A DNA stretch of 64,000 nucleotides from Planctomycetota bacterium (GTDB lineage Bacteria > Planctomycetota > UBA8108 > UBA1146): contig JAYZTT010000009.1 in the NCBI GenBank assembly GCA_036125855.1, positions 7,194 through 71,193 of the forward strand. The letters are read 5' to 3'. Position 1 is the first letter of the stretch. Each line of letters begins with the position of its first letter. The translations under genes were made by a program, and so were the position numbers. Below the pieces are notes generated by a model. It worked only from the letters and a program-made list of their open reading frames with translations, had not been told where the DNA came from and ran no database searches. Shown in pieces: positions 17,297 through 26,486 of the stretch.

Positions 17297-20296
17297 TCAG
17301 GAAGCGGGACGGCGATCGCGCCGGCCCATCCGTTCGAGCGCTGCATCGATATCCGAAACGGACCAGCCGCCTCCCTTGGGCAGATTCTGGACCCGATATC
17401 CGCGCGGGCCCCAGGTCAGCTTGACCGACCGGGAGGGGGGAAGATCGGAGTTCCCTTCGCGGAACACCTGCACCGGTTGATGGTCACCACCGGTCAACTC
17501 GACGCTGCGATTGCGCGCCAGAACCCGTGCTTGCTCGGCCAGAATCCGGTAGGGGCCTCCCCGTAAATCGGTCGCACCCCAGGCCAGCGCCTCATGGGGT
17601 CTCAACGAGCCACTCTCTTCATCCTCGCGCAGCACCAGCAACAGCTCATCGGCACGCAATTCAAAGCTGCCGGTTTTCTGGTCACTGGTAGGCTCCAGCT
17701 GAATGACCGCACTCAGTACCGAAGAAAGCAGCACTTCCAGGCGCTCTCGGGCCTCCTTGCCCGGGGCGGTTGACCGTACCACCACCACTTCGCGGGCCAC
17801 CACCTCGTCGCGCGGCTCCTGACCGCGGACGAAGGTCTGTAACCCCTGGCCATCGGGGGAGGAGAGAGTCAAACGCTGATACTGATGATCCCAGTGGCAA
17901 TTTTGACCCCGGAACTCGATGCCCCCCTGCTCCTGGAGAAGACGTACCGACCCCTGCGCTTCCACTTCCGACAGACGGATTTGCCGGGCTCGAATGTCGA
18001 GCTTTGCATCGATTCGATCCGCTCTCAATTTCCAGGACAACAATTCGTCAGCATCCGGTTCGGCAGCGAGCCCTTCGATCTGCGGTCCCTTGGCCAGGTA
18101 CAGCAGTGCCCGGGCATCACCGACCAGTTCGACGGTCCCGGCGATGCGATCAAGGGAGATGGTGTCGGCCAGAACCAGATCGGGTTCCTCTGAACCGGAG
18201 AAGATCTGAACCTGCTGCAAACCGGGCCCCTGAAAACGGAACTGCTGACTCTGCGCGTTCCACAACAGCTCCTGGCCAGAAGCCCGAATCGTCCCGTCAT
18301 CAATCTGGACAGGTCGATCCTGATCTCCCAGGGCCCGCACTCCCTCGATGTTCCCCAGTGGATAATTCGAGGCGGAAGCGACCTCCTCCTCGGCGCTCTC
18401 AGAGGCCTCCTCACGAGCCAGAGAAACGACCAGAGATGAGCAATCGATGACCAGGGGAGGATCCTCCTCAGGGGCTCCTGGACGCTTCAGGGTGCCCTTT
18501 ACCGCCCCTTCTCCCATCGCCTGGCCTTCGACCATGGAGAGCCTCAAACGATCCGCCTCGAGCACCGCACGGTTACCGATCGACAGCTGCTGACGCCCTT
18601 CTCCCTCGATCCGGATGACGGCATCGGCGCCACGCCACTCAAGACGATTCCCGGTCAGCTGGACCGGTTCGTTGCCACGGATCGCCAGGCTCAAGGGCGT
18701 TGCGTCCGCGGTGGCTTCGAGCTGCTTGAGACGCTGCTTTCCATCCCAGAACAGGGTCAACTGTTCAGCCTCCAGCTCGCCGCTGGAATCCTCGCCGAGC
18801 CAGCGTGGCGAAGTGACCGATGGTCCTCGTGGCAATTCATGGAGCTCGGCTCCGACCCGCCCGCGAAAGACCAGTCGGGTCGGATCGACCGAGAGAGCCG
18901 CGGTATTGGCCTCGACCCGGTTCTTTCCATCGGTGAACAGAGCACGGCGACCGGAGCTGGAAAACACTTCCAGTTCCTTCTCGACGGCGCGCCAGCGCAA
19001 CTCATCTCCGATGATGGTCGCGCCTCCCTCACCGATTTCATTGATCGACACCGACTCGCCGTCGCGACCTCGCGCTGCCAGGGTCTTCAACCGACCGTCG
19101 GAAAATTCGAACTGGGCGGTCTCGGCGGTCACCCGCCAGTCCCCCTCGATGGGAACCGGCAGTGACGAGTTTTCGCCGGGCGAAGTTGGTTCCCCCTTGA
19201 GGGTGCCGGTCACCGATCCCTCCACGATGCAGCGCGAAGAACCGAGCTCGATCCGTGCCTCATCCGCCTGGAAGGTGCCCATTTCGCTGAATATGGCAAT
19301 TCCGCCGCTGAGCCGTACCTCCCGATCTCCATCTTTCCAGTCGAGCTGCTCCCCCTGCACACGAATGCCATCGCCGAGGTAGATGGTGATCGGATTCTCA
19401 CGCCTTTGAGAATGAATTCGCAACAATCGACGACTGATCGGTTCGAGATGCAGATCGAGAAAATCGGCCGCGATGTGCCGGGCAGGAACTGCCGCCAGCG
19501 GATCGAGTTGCGCTTCCACTTCCGATTCGAAGATGCGCACCCCTCCATCAAAGCGAGCTCCCTGCTCACTTCCAGCCAGGGTGATGGGGCCCTCGCAGAT
19601 GATTCTCACCTGCCTCGGCGTGGCAACTTCAGGGTCGGTAGTCTCACCCGGTGCTCCGGTGTCGTCGGAAACGACGTCTGCGGTCATCATCGCGACGATG
19701 ACGGGAGGAGCAAAACTCAACTCCTGCAGACCGGAAGAGGATCCGATGGAACCGGTAAGGCCGTTGGCGCTACGCAACTTCATGGCAGGCCATGCCACCT
19801 TCACCGGTGATTCACCTTCGATGCGAATGTCCTCGCCATCGGCCCAGCGGATCGACAGGTCACTGGTTTCCATCTGCGGGGCACCACCGGCTCCCTGGCC
19901 GCGCAACTCTCCGATGACTCGCGCCTCCTCACCGCTTGGATCCGTGATGATTTTCTCCGCCTCGAACAGGATCTGATCGACCGGCTCGGTGCGCCCGTCG
20001 GCATAAACCGGCAATTCGATGGTGGCATCGATCAGGGCCCGCTGGCTCACCAGATTCTCGGGAGAAAGCACCACGCCCGATGACAGATCCATCTCGCCAC
20101 GCAGGGTGAATCGAAGTCGCCCCAGGGTGTAATCGTAGGAGTGGTGGGTGACTCGGTTCTGTTTCACCTCGGGGAAGCGATCGGGTTCGGTCGAGCTGGA
20201 GGGGTCAATCTCGGGGCTGCCGAACTGTCCCGTCAGCAGCAGGAATGCGACGAGGCCGACCGAAAAAACACCCAGAAAGAAGGAGAGTCGCTTCAA
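17297..20296 (-). CDS. Large N-anchored beta-rich protein, putative extended LptC/LptA (OstA-like jellyroll repeats)
   Basis: TTG start overlapping the kdsC stop with AGGAG ribosome-binding site; single N-terminal TM; repeated short strand motifs (GEQLDW, GDELRW, GNRLEW, GQELLW); position after kdsC. Confidence 0.6.
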   Translation of the reverse strand: MKRLSFFLGVFSVGLVAFLLLTGQFGSPEIDPSSSTEPDRFPEVKQNRVTHHSYDYTLGRLRFTLRGEMDLSSGVVLSPENLVSQRALIDATIELPVYADGRTEPVDQILFEAEKIITDPSGEEARVIGELRGQGAGGAPQMETSDLSIRWADGEDIRIEGESPVKVAWPAMKLRSANGLTGSIGSSSGLQELSFAPPVIVAMMTADVVSDDTGAPGETTDPEVATPRQVRIICEGPITLAGSEQGARFDGGVRIFESEVEAQLDPLAAVPARHIAADFLDLHLEPISRRLLRIHSQRRENPITIYLGDGIRVQGEQLDWKDGDREVRLSGGIAIFSEMGTFQADEARIELGSSRCIVEGSVTGTLKGEPTSPGENSSLPVPIEGDWRVTAETAQFEFSDGRLKTLAARGRDGESVSINEIGEGGATIIGDELRWRAVEKELEVFSSSGRRALFTDGKNRVEANTAALSVDPTRLVFRGRVGAELHELPRGPSVTSPRWLGEDSSGELEAEQLTLFWDGKQRLKQLEATADATPLSLAIRGNEPVQLTGNRLEWRGADAVIRIEGEGRQQLSIGNRAVLEADRLRLSMVEGQAMGEGAVKGTLKRPGAPEEDPPLVIDCSSLVVSLAREEASESAEEEVASASNYPLGNIEGVRALGDQDRPVQIDDGTIRASGQELLWNAQSQQFRFQGPGLQQVQIFSGSEEPDLVLADTISLDRIAGTVELVGDARALLYLAKGPQIEGLAAEPDADELLSWKLRADRIDAKLDIRARQIRLSEVEAQGSVRLLQEQGGIEFRGQNCHWDHQYQRLTLSSPDGQGLQTFVRGQEPRDEVVAREVVVVRSTAPGKEARERLEVLLSSVLSAVIQLEPTSDQKTGSFELRADELLLVLREDEESGSLRPHEALAWGATDLRGGPYRILAEQARVLARNRSVELTGGDHQPVQVFREGNSDLPPSRSVKLTWGPRGYRVQNLPKGGGWSVSDIDAALERMGRRDRRPAS

Positions 20297-20838
20297 GGTT
20301 TTTCTCCTGCGACCGGCTGCTCGGAGCGCTGCTGCCACAGACCCCGAGCGACCAGGATCCACTCGCAGACCTCGCGAACCGCTCCCTGGCCTCCTGATCG
20401 ACCGGTCACCACGGTCGCCTGCTCGAGAACCTGCGGCCGCGAGTTGGCCACGGCAACCGAGACTCCGACCATCGACATCGGTGGTAGATCGATCAGATCA
20501 TCGCCGACATACACGGTGTTGCGGGCTGCCACGCCGGTGCGCTCCAGGAGCTGTTCGAGACAGGCAGCCTTATCAGCAATTCCCGTGTGAACCTCCTCGA
20601 TCCCCAGCTCGTGGGCACGTTGCCGGGTCACGGTAGATTCGCGACCGGAGATCAGAGCAACGCCAATTCCCGCTTCCAGCAACCAGCGGATTCCGGCCCC
20701 GTCTGGAACGTGAAACTGCTTCCATTCGGTGCCATCGGCACTCATCCACAGCGAGTTATCGGTGAGGACACCATCCACATCGAGCACTAGCAGCTGCGGC
20801 TGGCACACCTGGATCGGGTTCGGGATCTCGGGTTTCAT
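20293..20838 (-). CDS. kdsC: 3-deoxy-D-manno-octulosonate 8-phosphate phosphatase
   Basis: HAD motif DVDGVLTD, FHVPDGAGI, ISGRES, YVGDDLIDLP, GGQGAVREVCE. Confidence 0.93.
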   Translation of the reverse strand: MKPEIPNPIQVCQPQLLVLDVDGVLTDNSLWMSADGTEWKQFHVPDGAGIRWLLEAGIGVALISGRESTVTRQRAHELGIEEVHTGIADKAACLEQLLERTGVAARNTVYVGDDLIDLPPMSMVGVSVAVANSRPQVLEQATVVTGRSGGQGAVREVCEWILVARGLWQQRSEQPVAGEKP

Positions 20839-20984
20839 GGGTATCCAGTCTCGCTGCCGCCCTCTGGCAAGCAAGCGAGAATTCTGACCTTCCGGGGCAC
20901 CCGTCGGCTGCTTCTGCTATCCTAGAGCGCACTGGCTGCCGCCGGAGGGCAGCAGCAGAACGGCCCCAGATGGGATAGTGAAGC

Positions 20985-21845
20985 GTGATTCAGCGAACTC
21001 AGGACTTTCCGAACCAGAAGCCAGATGCCGATAGCGACACCCGACGGCGGGAAAACCGCTCTCCGGCGGCAAGAAATTCTGCGGTCAATCCGTGGGAGGA
21101 CGGCTTCTGTACCGAGCTGGATGACTACTCCGGCCCACTCGAATTGCTGCTTTACCTGATCCACAAAAACGAACTCGAAATTCTCGACATTCCCATCGCG
21201 ATGATCCTCGAACAGTTTCTGGCTCACGTCACCACAGCACACGAGAGCGGTACCCTCGACCTGAGACAGTCGGGGGATTACCTGGTGATGGGGGCACGAT
21301 TGATGGAGATCAAGGCGAGGATCCTCTCACCCAGCCTGATCGATGAGGAAGACGATCTGCTGGAGGAAGAGCTGGAGGATCCACGCCAGAATCTGGTCGA
21401 GCAGTTGCTCGAATATCGGGACTTCAAGGAGCGAGCTCAGCTGCTCGAAGAAGCGCACAGGATTCGCTCACTGGGATATGAAAGACTGCAGAGTGAAATG
21501 CCACCGCCTCCACCTGGCACGCTCGATCTTTCGGAAGTCTCCGGTCATGACGTGGCTTCTGCATTCCAGCGCATCCTCGATCTGTTGCGCGAACAGTCCT
21601 CCTTTCTCGTGGTGCCCGGTGAGGACATCCCGGTCGAGCAGGCGATGGCAGAAGTTCTCACGACCTTGCAAACGGCCACCGGTTCGGTTCTTCCCTTCGA
21701 GCAGCTATTCCCGCTGCACCGTGGCATTCCGGGTGCCATCAGCACCTTCCTGGCACTGCTCGAGCTGGCCCGTCTGAATCAATTGCATCTGGAGCAGAAG
21801 CACAAAGACGATCCGTTGCTCGTCCACCTACGCAAGGACCGGTGA
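20985..21845 (+). CDS. scpA: Segregation and condensation protein A
   Basis: YSGPLELLLYLI, DYLVMGARLMEIKAR, DPRQNLVEQLLEY, FLALLELAR. Confidence 0.92.
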   Translation: MIQRTQDFPNQKPDADSDTRRRENRSPAARNSAVNPWEDGFCTELDDYSGPLELLLYLIHKNELEILDIPIAMILEQFLAHVTTAHESGTLDLRQSGDYLVMGARLMEIKARILSPSLIDEEDDLLEEELEDPRQNLVEQLLEYRDFKERAQLLEEAHRIRSLGYERLQSEMPPPPPGTLDLSEVSGHDVASAFQRILDLLREQSSFLVVPGEDIPVEQAMAEVLTTLQTATGSVLPFEQLFPLHRGIPGAISTFLALLELARLNQLHLEQKHKDDPLLVHLRKDR

Positions 21846-21849
21846 TCCG

Positions 21850-22815
21850 ATGCGAATCCTGTTTCTGGGTTCCGGCCCGTTCGGCATTCCGACCCTGCAA
21901 AGACTCCATTCCCTGGGTGAGGAGCTGATCGTCACCACCGTTCCCGATGCGGCTCGCGGACGTCGCCGCACGCTGCAACCATCACCGATCAAGGAACAGG
22001 CAGTTGCACTCGGAATGGAGGTGCTAGAGAGCCAGCGCTTACGCGGCGAGCAGGGGCAACAGATTCTGCAACAGGCCAGCGCCGACCTGGTGATCACCTG
22101 CGACATCCGGTTAATCCTCGGTTCTCGCTTCCTCCAGGGGCCCGAGCTCGGCTGCTTCAACTTGCACGGTTCTCTACTACCACGGTGGCGGGGTGCCGCA
22201 CCGGTGGTTCGAGCACTGCTGGCCGGCGACCAGGAACTGGGTGTGACACTCTACCGGATGGTGCCCGCTCTCGATGCGGGCCCGGTCGTTGCCGCCAGCA
22301 GCTGGACCCCACCGGCAACGGTCACCACCGAACAGGCTGAACAGCACCTGTCGCAGCTAGCGGCGGACCTGCTGGAACAATCGCTGGAACTGCTGAAAAG
22401 TGGCGATGCACCGCAGATACCTCAGCAGGAGGAGCTGGTAACCCTGGCTCCACGGGTTGAAAAATCAGAGGGCTGGATCCACTGGCAGGGCAGCTCCAGT
22501 TTCATCGAACGCCAGGTCCGCGCCCTGCAACCGTGGCCACGAACTCGGACCCGAGTAACACGTCAGTCAAATGGCACAGATCGTCCCGAGGAGTTGATCT
22601 TGCACCAGGTGAGCCTGGTCAATCATGACTCCGATGCAGCGGCCGGCACCGTCATCGACGTGAGTTCCGATCGGCTGATCGTCACCTGTGGAGAGGGAGC
22701 CCTTTCCATCGACCGGGTGCAGCGTAGCGGCAAGAAACCGATGACGATGGCAGAACTGTTGCGTGGTATGCCACTGGTTGCAGGTGATCGATTCGAGAGT
22801 GGAGAAGTGGCATGA
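21850..22815 (+). CDS. fmt: Methionyl-tRNA formyltransferase
   Basis: MRILFLGS, NLHGSLLPRWRGAAP, LDAGP, VRALQPWP, GKKPM. Confidence 0.95.
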   Translation: MRILFLGSGPFGIPTLQRLHSLGEELIVTTVPDAARGRRRTLQPSPIKEQAVALGMEVLESQRLRGEQGQQILQQASADLVITCDIRLILGSRFLQGPELGCFNLHGSLLPRWRGAAPVVRALLAGDQELGVTLYRMVPALDAGPVVAASSWTPPATVTTEQAEQHLSQLAADLLEQSLELLKSGDAPQIPQQEELVTLAPRVEKSEGWIHWQGSSSFIERQVRALQPWPRTRTRVTRQSNGTDRPEELILHQVSLVNHDSDAAAGTVIDVSSDRLIVTCGEGALSIDRVQRSGKKPMTMAELLRGMPLVAGDRFESGEVA

Positions 22816-24344
22816 ATACCCAGCGCCCGGCTCACTACTCCGACCGCGACGACTCGATCAATCGGAGAGGCCACAATCCAGCAGATGACGGTGGAGAAGC
22901 GCCGCTCCTGGAGCCGCCGTACTCATTCCCGGTGGTCCGTCTGACCGACCAGGGCCAGCCCCTCTCCAGCCGGGCGGCGGCGATTCATCTGCTCACTCTG
23001 TGGGAGCAATCGTTCCACACCCCGATGGAACAACTGCTGGGAGAATATCTGGAGCAGAGCGATCTTGCTCCATCTGATCGAGGGTTTCTGACCGAGCTCT
23101 GCTATGGCAGCGTGCGAATGCGTGGCAGCGTCCAGTATCTGGCGCGCCAGTTCATGGACCGCCCCTTCAGCGAGGTCTCCCGCACCACTCGCTCGGCTCT
23201 CTATCTCGGCATCTATCAACGTACCTGGCTGCGGACCCCGGCCCATGCCGTGGTCTCGGAGACGGTCGATGCGTGGCGTCAGGTCAAGGATCCCGCCAAC
23301 GATTCCATCGACCGCACCGGCTACATCAATGCCTTGTTGCGCAACCTCTGCGAGACCATTGTAGATGTCGATGAAGAACTGGATGACCCGCGCAATGCGG
23401 TGCGAACTTCGAATGGCTGGGCACGCTTCCCTCAGCTCAAATTACAGGGCGGAGATGCGGGGCGGGTGCAGCGCTGGAGCGTCCAGTACAGCCATCCTCC
23501 GGAACTGGTCAGGCGCTGGTTAGAACGCTACCCTGCCGCGGAAATTCGTCCGATGCTGGCGCGAAATAACGAGGTTCCCTCGCTGTTTCTGGTGCTCAGA
23601 ACGGGTCGTGAAGTGGAGCACCAGATCCGGCTGCTCAAGCAAGCCGGTCTCGAAGCGACCGTCGCCCGCGGGGCAGCCCGCACACTGGAGGTCAAAGGGG
23701 CACGGCTGATCGAACAGATCCCCGGCTTCTACAGTGGCGACTTCTGGGTTCAAGATCTGACTGCCAGACGCCTCGCCCTGCACATGCCAGTCGAGGAAGG
23801 GGTTCAGCTACTCGACCTCTGTGCCGCTCCCGGAGGCAAGCTGATGACTCTGCTGGATCGTGGTGGCATCGCCCGGGCCACCGCCTGCGATATCAATGAG
23901 GGAAAGCTACAGAGAATCGCTGACAACCTCGAACGGTTGCGACTGCAGGATGATGCCAACATCCAGTTGCTCGAGGTTTCGCGCGATGCATCGCGCCTGC
24001 GTCTCGATGACAGTTACCAGCAGGTGCTGGTCGATGCGCCCTGTTCCAACAGTGGAGTTCTCAACCGCCGGCACGAGGCTCGCTGGCGCTTCTCCCCGGA
24101 GATCCTCTCCGACCTGGAACAGCAACAGATGGCCCTGTTGAAGGCCGGCGTTCGGCACCTGGCTCGAAATGGCCACCTGCTCTACACCACCTGCTCGGTC
24201 GAACCGCAGGAAAACCAGGACGTGATCCGCAGAACGCTCGAGCAAAATACCGAATTGCGCCTGATCGAGGAGATCGAAATCCTGCCCGGAGATCTCGGTG
24301 GTGACGGGGGCTACGGCGCCCTGCTGCAACGGGTGAATCGCTAA
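22812..24344 (+). CDS. rsmB: 16S rRNA m5C967 methyltransferase RsmB/Sun (NusB-like plus methyltransferase domains)
   Basis: DRGFLTELCYG, YSHP, DLCAAPGGK, DAPCS, YTTCS; follows fmt with ATGA overlap. Confidence 0.9.
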   Translation: MNTQRPAHYSDRDDSINRRGHNPADDGGEAPLLEPPYSFPVVRLTDQGQPLSSRAAAIHLLTLWEQSFHTPMEQLLGEYLEQSDLAPSDRGFLTELCYGSVRMRGSVQYLARQFMDRPFSEVSRTTRSALYLGIYQRTWLRTPAHAVVSETVDAWRQVKDPANDSIDRTGYINALLRNLCETIVDVDEELDDPRNAVRTSNGWARFPQLKLQGGDAGRVQRWSVQYSHPPELVRRWLERYPAAEIRPMLARNNEVPSLFLVLRTGREVEHQIRLLKQAGLEATVARGAARTLEVKGARLIEQIPGFYSGDFWVQDLTARRLALHMPVEEGVQLLDLCAAPGGKLMTLLDRGGIARATACDINEGKLQRIADNLERLRLQDDANIQLLEVSRDASRLRLDDSYQQVLVDAPCSNSGVLNRRHEARWRFSPEILSDLEQQQMALLKAGVRHLARNGHLLYTTCSVEPQENQDVIRRTLEQNTELRLIEEIEILPGDLGGDGGYGALLQRVNR

Positions 24345-24504
24345 TCAGGAGCCACAATTTGGCCTCCTATCGCCATATCTGGACGATTCCGGGCCAATTC
24401 GCCTGATATTGCGACAACCGCGGTCCGACCCACTCGAGATCTCGGATGGATGGGGTGAGAGAGCAATCCCCGCCCCTGGTGGGATCCGATGAAAAGGAGG
24501 ACCC

Positions 24505-25239
24505 ATGACCGTCCAATCAAAAGCAATCACACTACAGAGCCCCTTCGCCAGCTCGCTGGTTCGATTCCTCACCGTCGTACTGATGGTGTTCGTTGTCTCG
24601 TACCCGGCAGTCTCCGAGGCCAGTTCCGACAAGGTTCGTCGTCCGCTCGACCTGCCCGCCGGAGGCGGACCCGACGACGAGGATGAAGATGAGAGCATTC
24701 CCGACATGATCAGCTTCTACGGTGTTGATTACGAAGGCGATGCCTTCGTCTGGGTGCTCGACGTTTCCCTGAGCATGGGCGGCATCGGCCTGATTGATAC
24801 CCTGCGTAGCGAGTTCACCGGCGCGGTCTCGTCTCTGTCGAGAGATACCGATTTCGGAGCGGTCGCCTTCAGCACCAACATGAGATTCCTCGATCTGTTC
24901 TGCAAGGAAGCGGACAGTTCCCGGAAATCAACCGCCGCTGCCTGGATCGTCTCGATTGAGCCTGGTGGAGTCACTTGCCTGGCCCCGGCAGTGGTGAAGG
25001 GCCTGGAAATTGTCCGCAAGAGTCCTAACCAGCACCGTCGAGTGATCGTGGTCGGCGATGGAATGCCATACTGTGGAACGGCTGGACCGTCCCCGTCGGA
25101 TGTTCTGTCCGATATCAGTTTCAACAACTACGATCGGATTCCCATCGACACGGTATTTGTTGGCCTGGCTCCAGAGGGCTTCGAGTTCTTCCAGCAGCTG
25201 GCCAGTCAAAACTACGGCAGAGCCGTCGTGAGCCAGTAG
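24505..25239 (+). CDS. Secreted vWA-domain protein
   Basis: Signal or TM segment; MIDAS DVSLS motif; GGVT; IVVGDG; PIDTV. Confidence 0.75.
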   Translation: MTVQSKAITLQSPFASSLVRFLTVVLMVFVVSYPAVSEASSDKVRRPLDLPAGGGPDDEDEDESIPDMISFYGVDYEGDAFVWVLDVSLSMGGIGLIDTLRSEFTGAVSSLSRDTDFGAVAFSTNMRFLDLFCKEADSSRKSTAAAWIVSIEPGGVTCLAPAVVKGLEIVRKSPNQHRRVIVVGDGMPYCGTAGPSPSDVLSDISFNNYDRIPIDTVFVGLAPEGFEFFQQLASQNYGRAVVSQ

Positions 25240-25268
25240 ACTTGCTCGAAACCGTTCTGAACCGCCAG

Positions 25269-25308
25269 ACCCCGGGCACTTCGACAACGAAGTGCCCGGG
25301 GTTCTTTC
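25269..25308 (+). terminator. Rho-independent terminator
   Basis: 15-bp perfect stem accccgggcacttcg/cgaagtgcccggggt, 4-nt loop, followed by tctttc. Confidence 0.8.
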
Positions 25309-25380
25309 ATCCTGCCACTGCAGAATCATCCTTGACGAGTCGTCGCCTCGACCATCAGATGCAACCATGGAGGTTCAGGG

Positions 25381-26238
25381 ATGAAACGGCATTGCTGTCT
25401 GATCTGGAGCGTATTTGCGCTGGCACTGGCGGTCGGGACCGGGGTCACCGCCGGTTCGGTAACGATCCAGGATGACCACATCGAGCAACAGGTCATCGCC
25501 GAACTGGAGCGAGTCGCCAGCACCGAAAATAGTGTTCGCTATCGTGGTCAGTATGCCGCCCTGATTCCACTCGGCACCCCGGCCGCTCAGCTACTGCTGA
25601 AGATACTCCAGGATGAAGACAGGAACGTTGCGGTACGGCGACGAGCTGCCAATGCTCTCCATGATGTGATCACCCCGGAACTTCTCGAATCGCTCCACCA
25701 GGCGATGGACGACTTGCTCCTGGAACCGTGGGTGGAAACCGAGCTGGGGTTATTTCTGGCACAGCTTGGCCAGCGCCAGTTTCTCGATCGCTGGCTCAAG
25801 CAGTTGCAGCAAATCGGCCAGCAGATTCCGACCACCGGGAATCTGGCGGTGATTCTCGAAGCTCTTGGTCAGCTCGGAGATCTCCAATTTCGCAGCAATG
25901 ATCTGGCAACAGCCAGTGCCACGCACCGACGTCGAATCGCCTTGATGGAGGATTTGATCGTGCGAGTCCACCCCCAGTGGAAACAAGCCCTGTCCGATGA
26001 AATGCTGGCGATTCATTACAATCTGGCCTGCTGTCTGGCTCTGTCGGGGCAAACCGAGCAAGCCTTTGCGGCCATCGAAAAAAGCCTCCAGGCACCGACC
26101 ATTCACCTGTCGATGGTGCAGATCGATGGGGATCTGAGATCTCTGCGGGATGATCCCGGCTGGCCCACGTGGCTCGCGAAGCAGCAAAAGAAAAACGAGC
26201 CTCCGGAGCCAGCGACTCCACCGCAGGAGCCGCGTTGA
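25381..26238 (+). CDS. Secreted HEAT/TPR-like helical protein
   Basis: Signal peptide; HEAT-like VRRRAANAL; TPR-end motif HYNLACCLALSG...DGDLRSLR. Confidence 0.7.
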   Translation: MKRHCCLIWSVFALALAVGTGVTAGSVTIQDDHIEQQVIAELERVASTENSVRYRGQYAALIPLGTPAAQLLLKILQDEDRNVAVRRRAANALHDVITPELLESLHQAMDDLLLEPWVETELGLFLAQLGQRQFLDRWLKQLQQIGQQIPTTGNLAVILEALGQLGDLQFRSNDLATASATHRRRIALMEDLIVRVHPQWKQALSDEMLAIHYNLACCLALSGQTEQAFAAIEKSLQAPTIHLSMVQIDGDLRSLRDDPGWPTWLAKQQKKNEPPEPATPPQEPR

Positions 26239-26453
26239 ACCGTTCTGACGCGGCGCGCCGATCGATTCCGTGGGTACGCTGGATCTGTGCCATCGCATCG
26301 CTGTGTCTCCTGGCAGTGGCAATTCATCTGCTGTCGGGAGGAACCACCGGAGATCCTGGGCGAGATTCTCCCTGGCCCTATCTGGCACTGGGAGCCCTGC
26401 TGGCGATCCGTGCTCTGACCCAGCGGAACCCGCGCGGTGACGGTCATCCCTGA
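26235..26453 (+). CDS. Small two-TM membrane protein (72 aa)
   Basis: TTG start overlapping the upstream TGA, AGGAG 5 nt upstream, two hydrophobic helices. Confidence 0.5.
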   Translation: MNRSDAARRSIPWVRWICAIASLCLLAVAIHLLSGGTTGDPGRDSPWPYLALGALLAIRALTQRNPRGDGHP

Positions 26454-26486
26454 CGTCGAGTCGCCCCGGGTCGTAGACTGGCCAGC

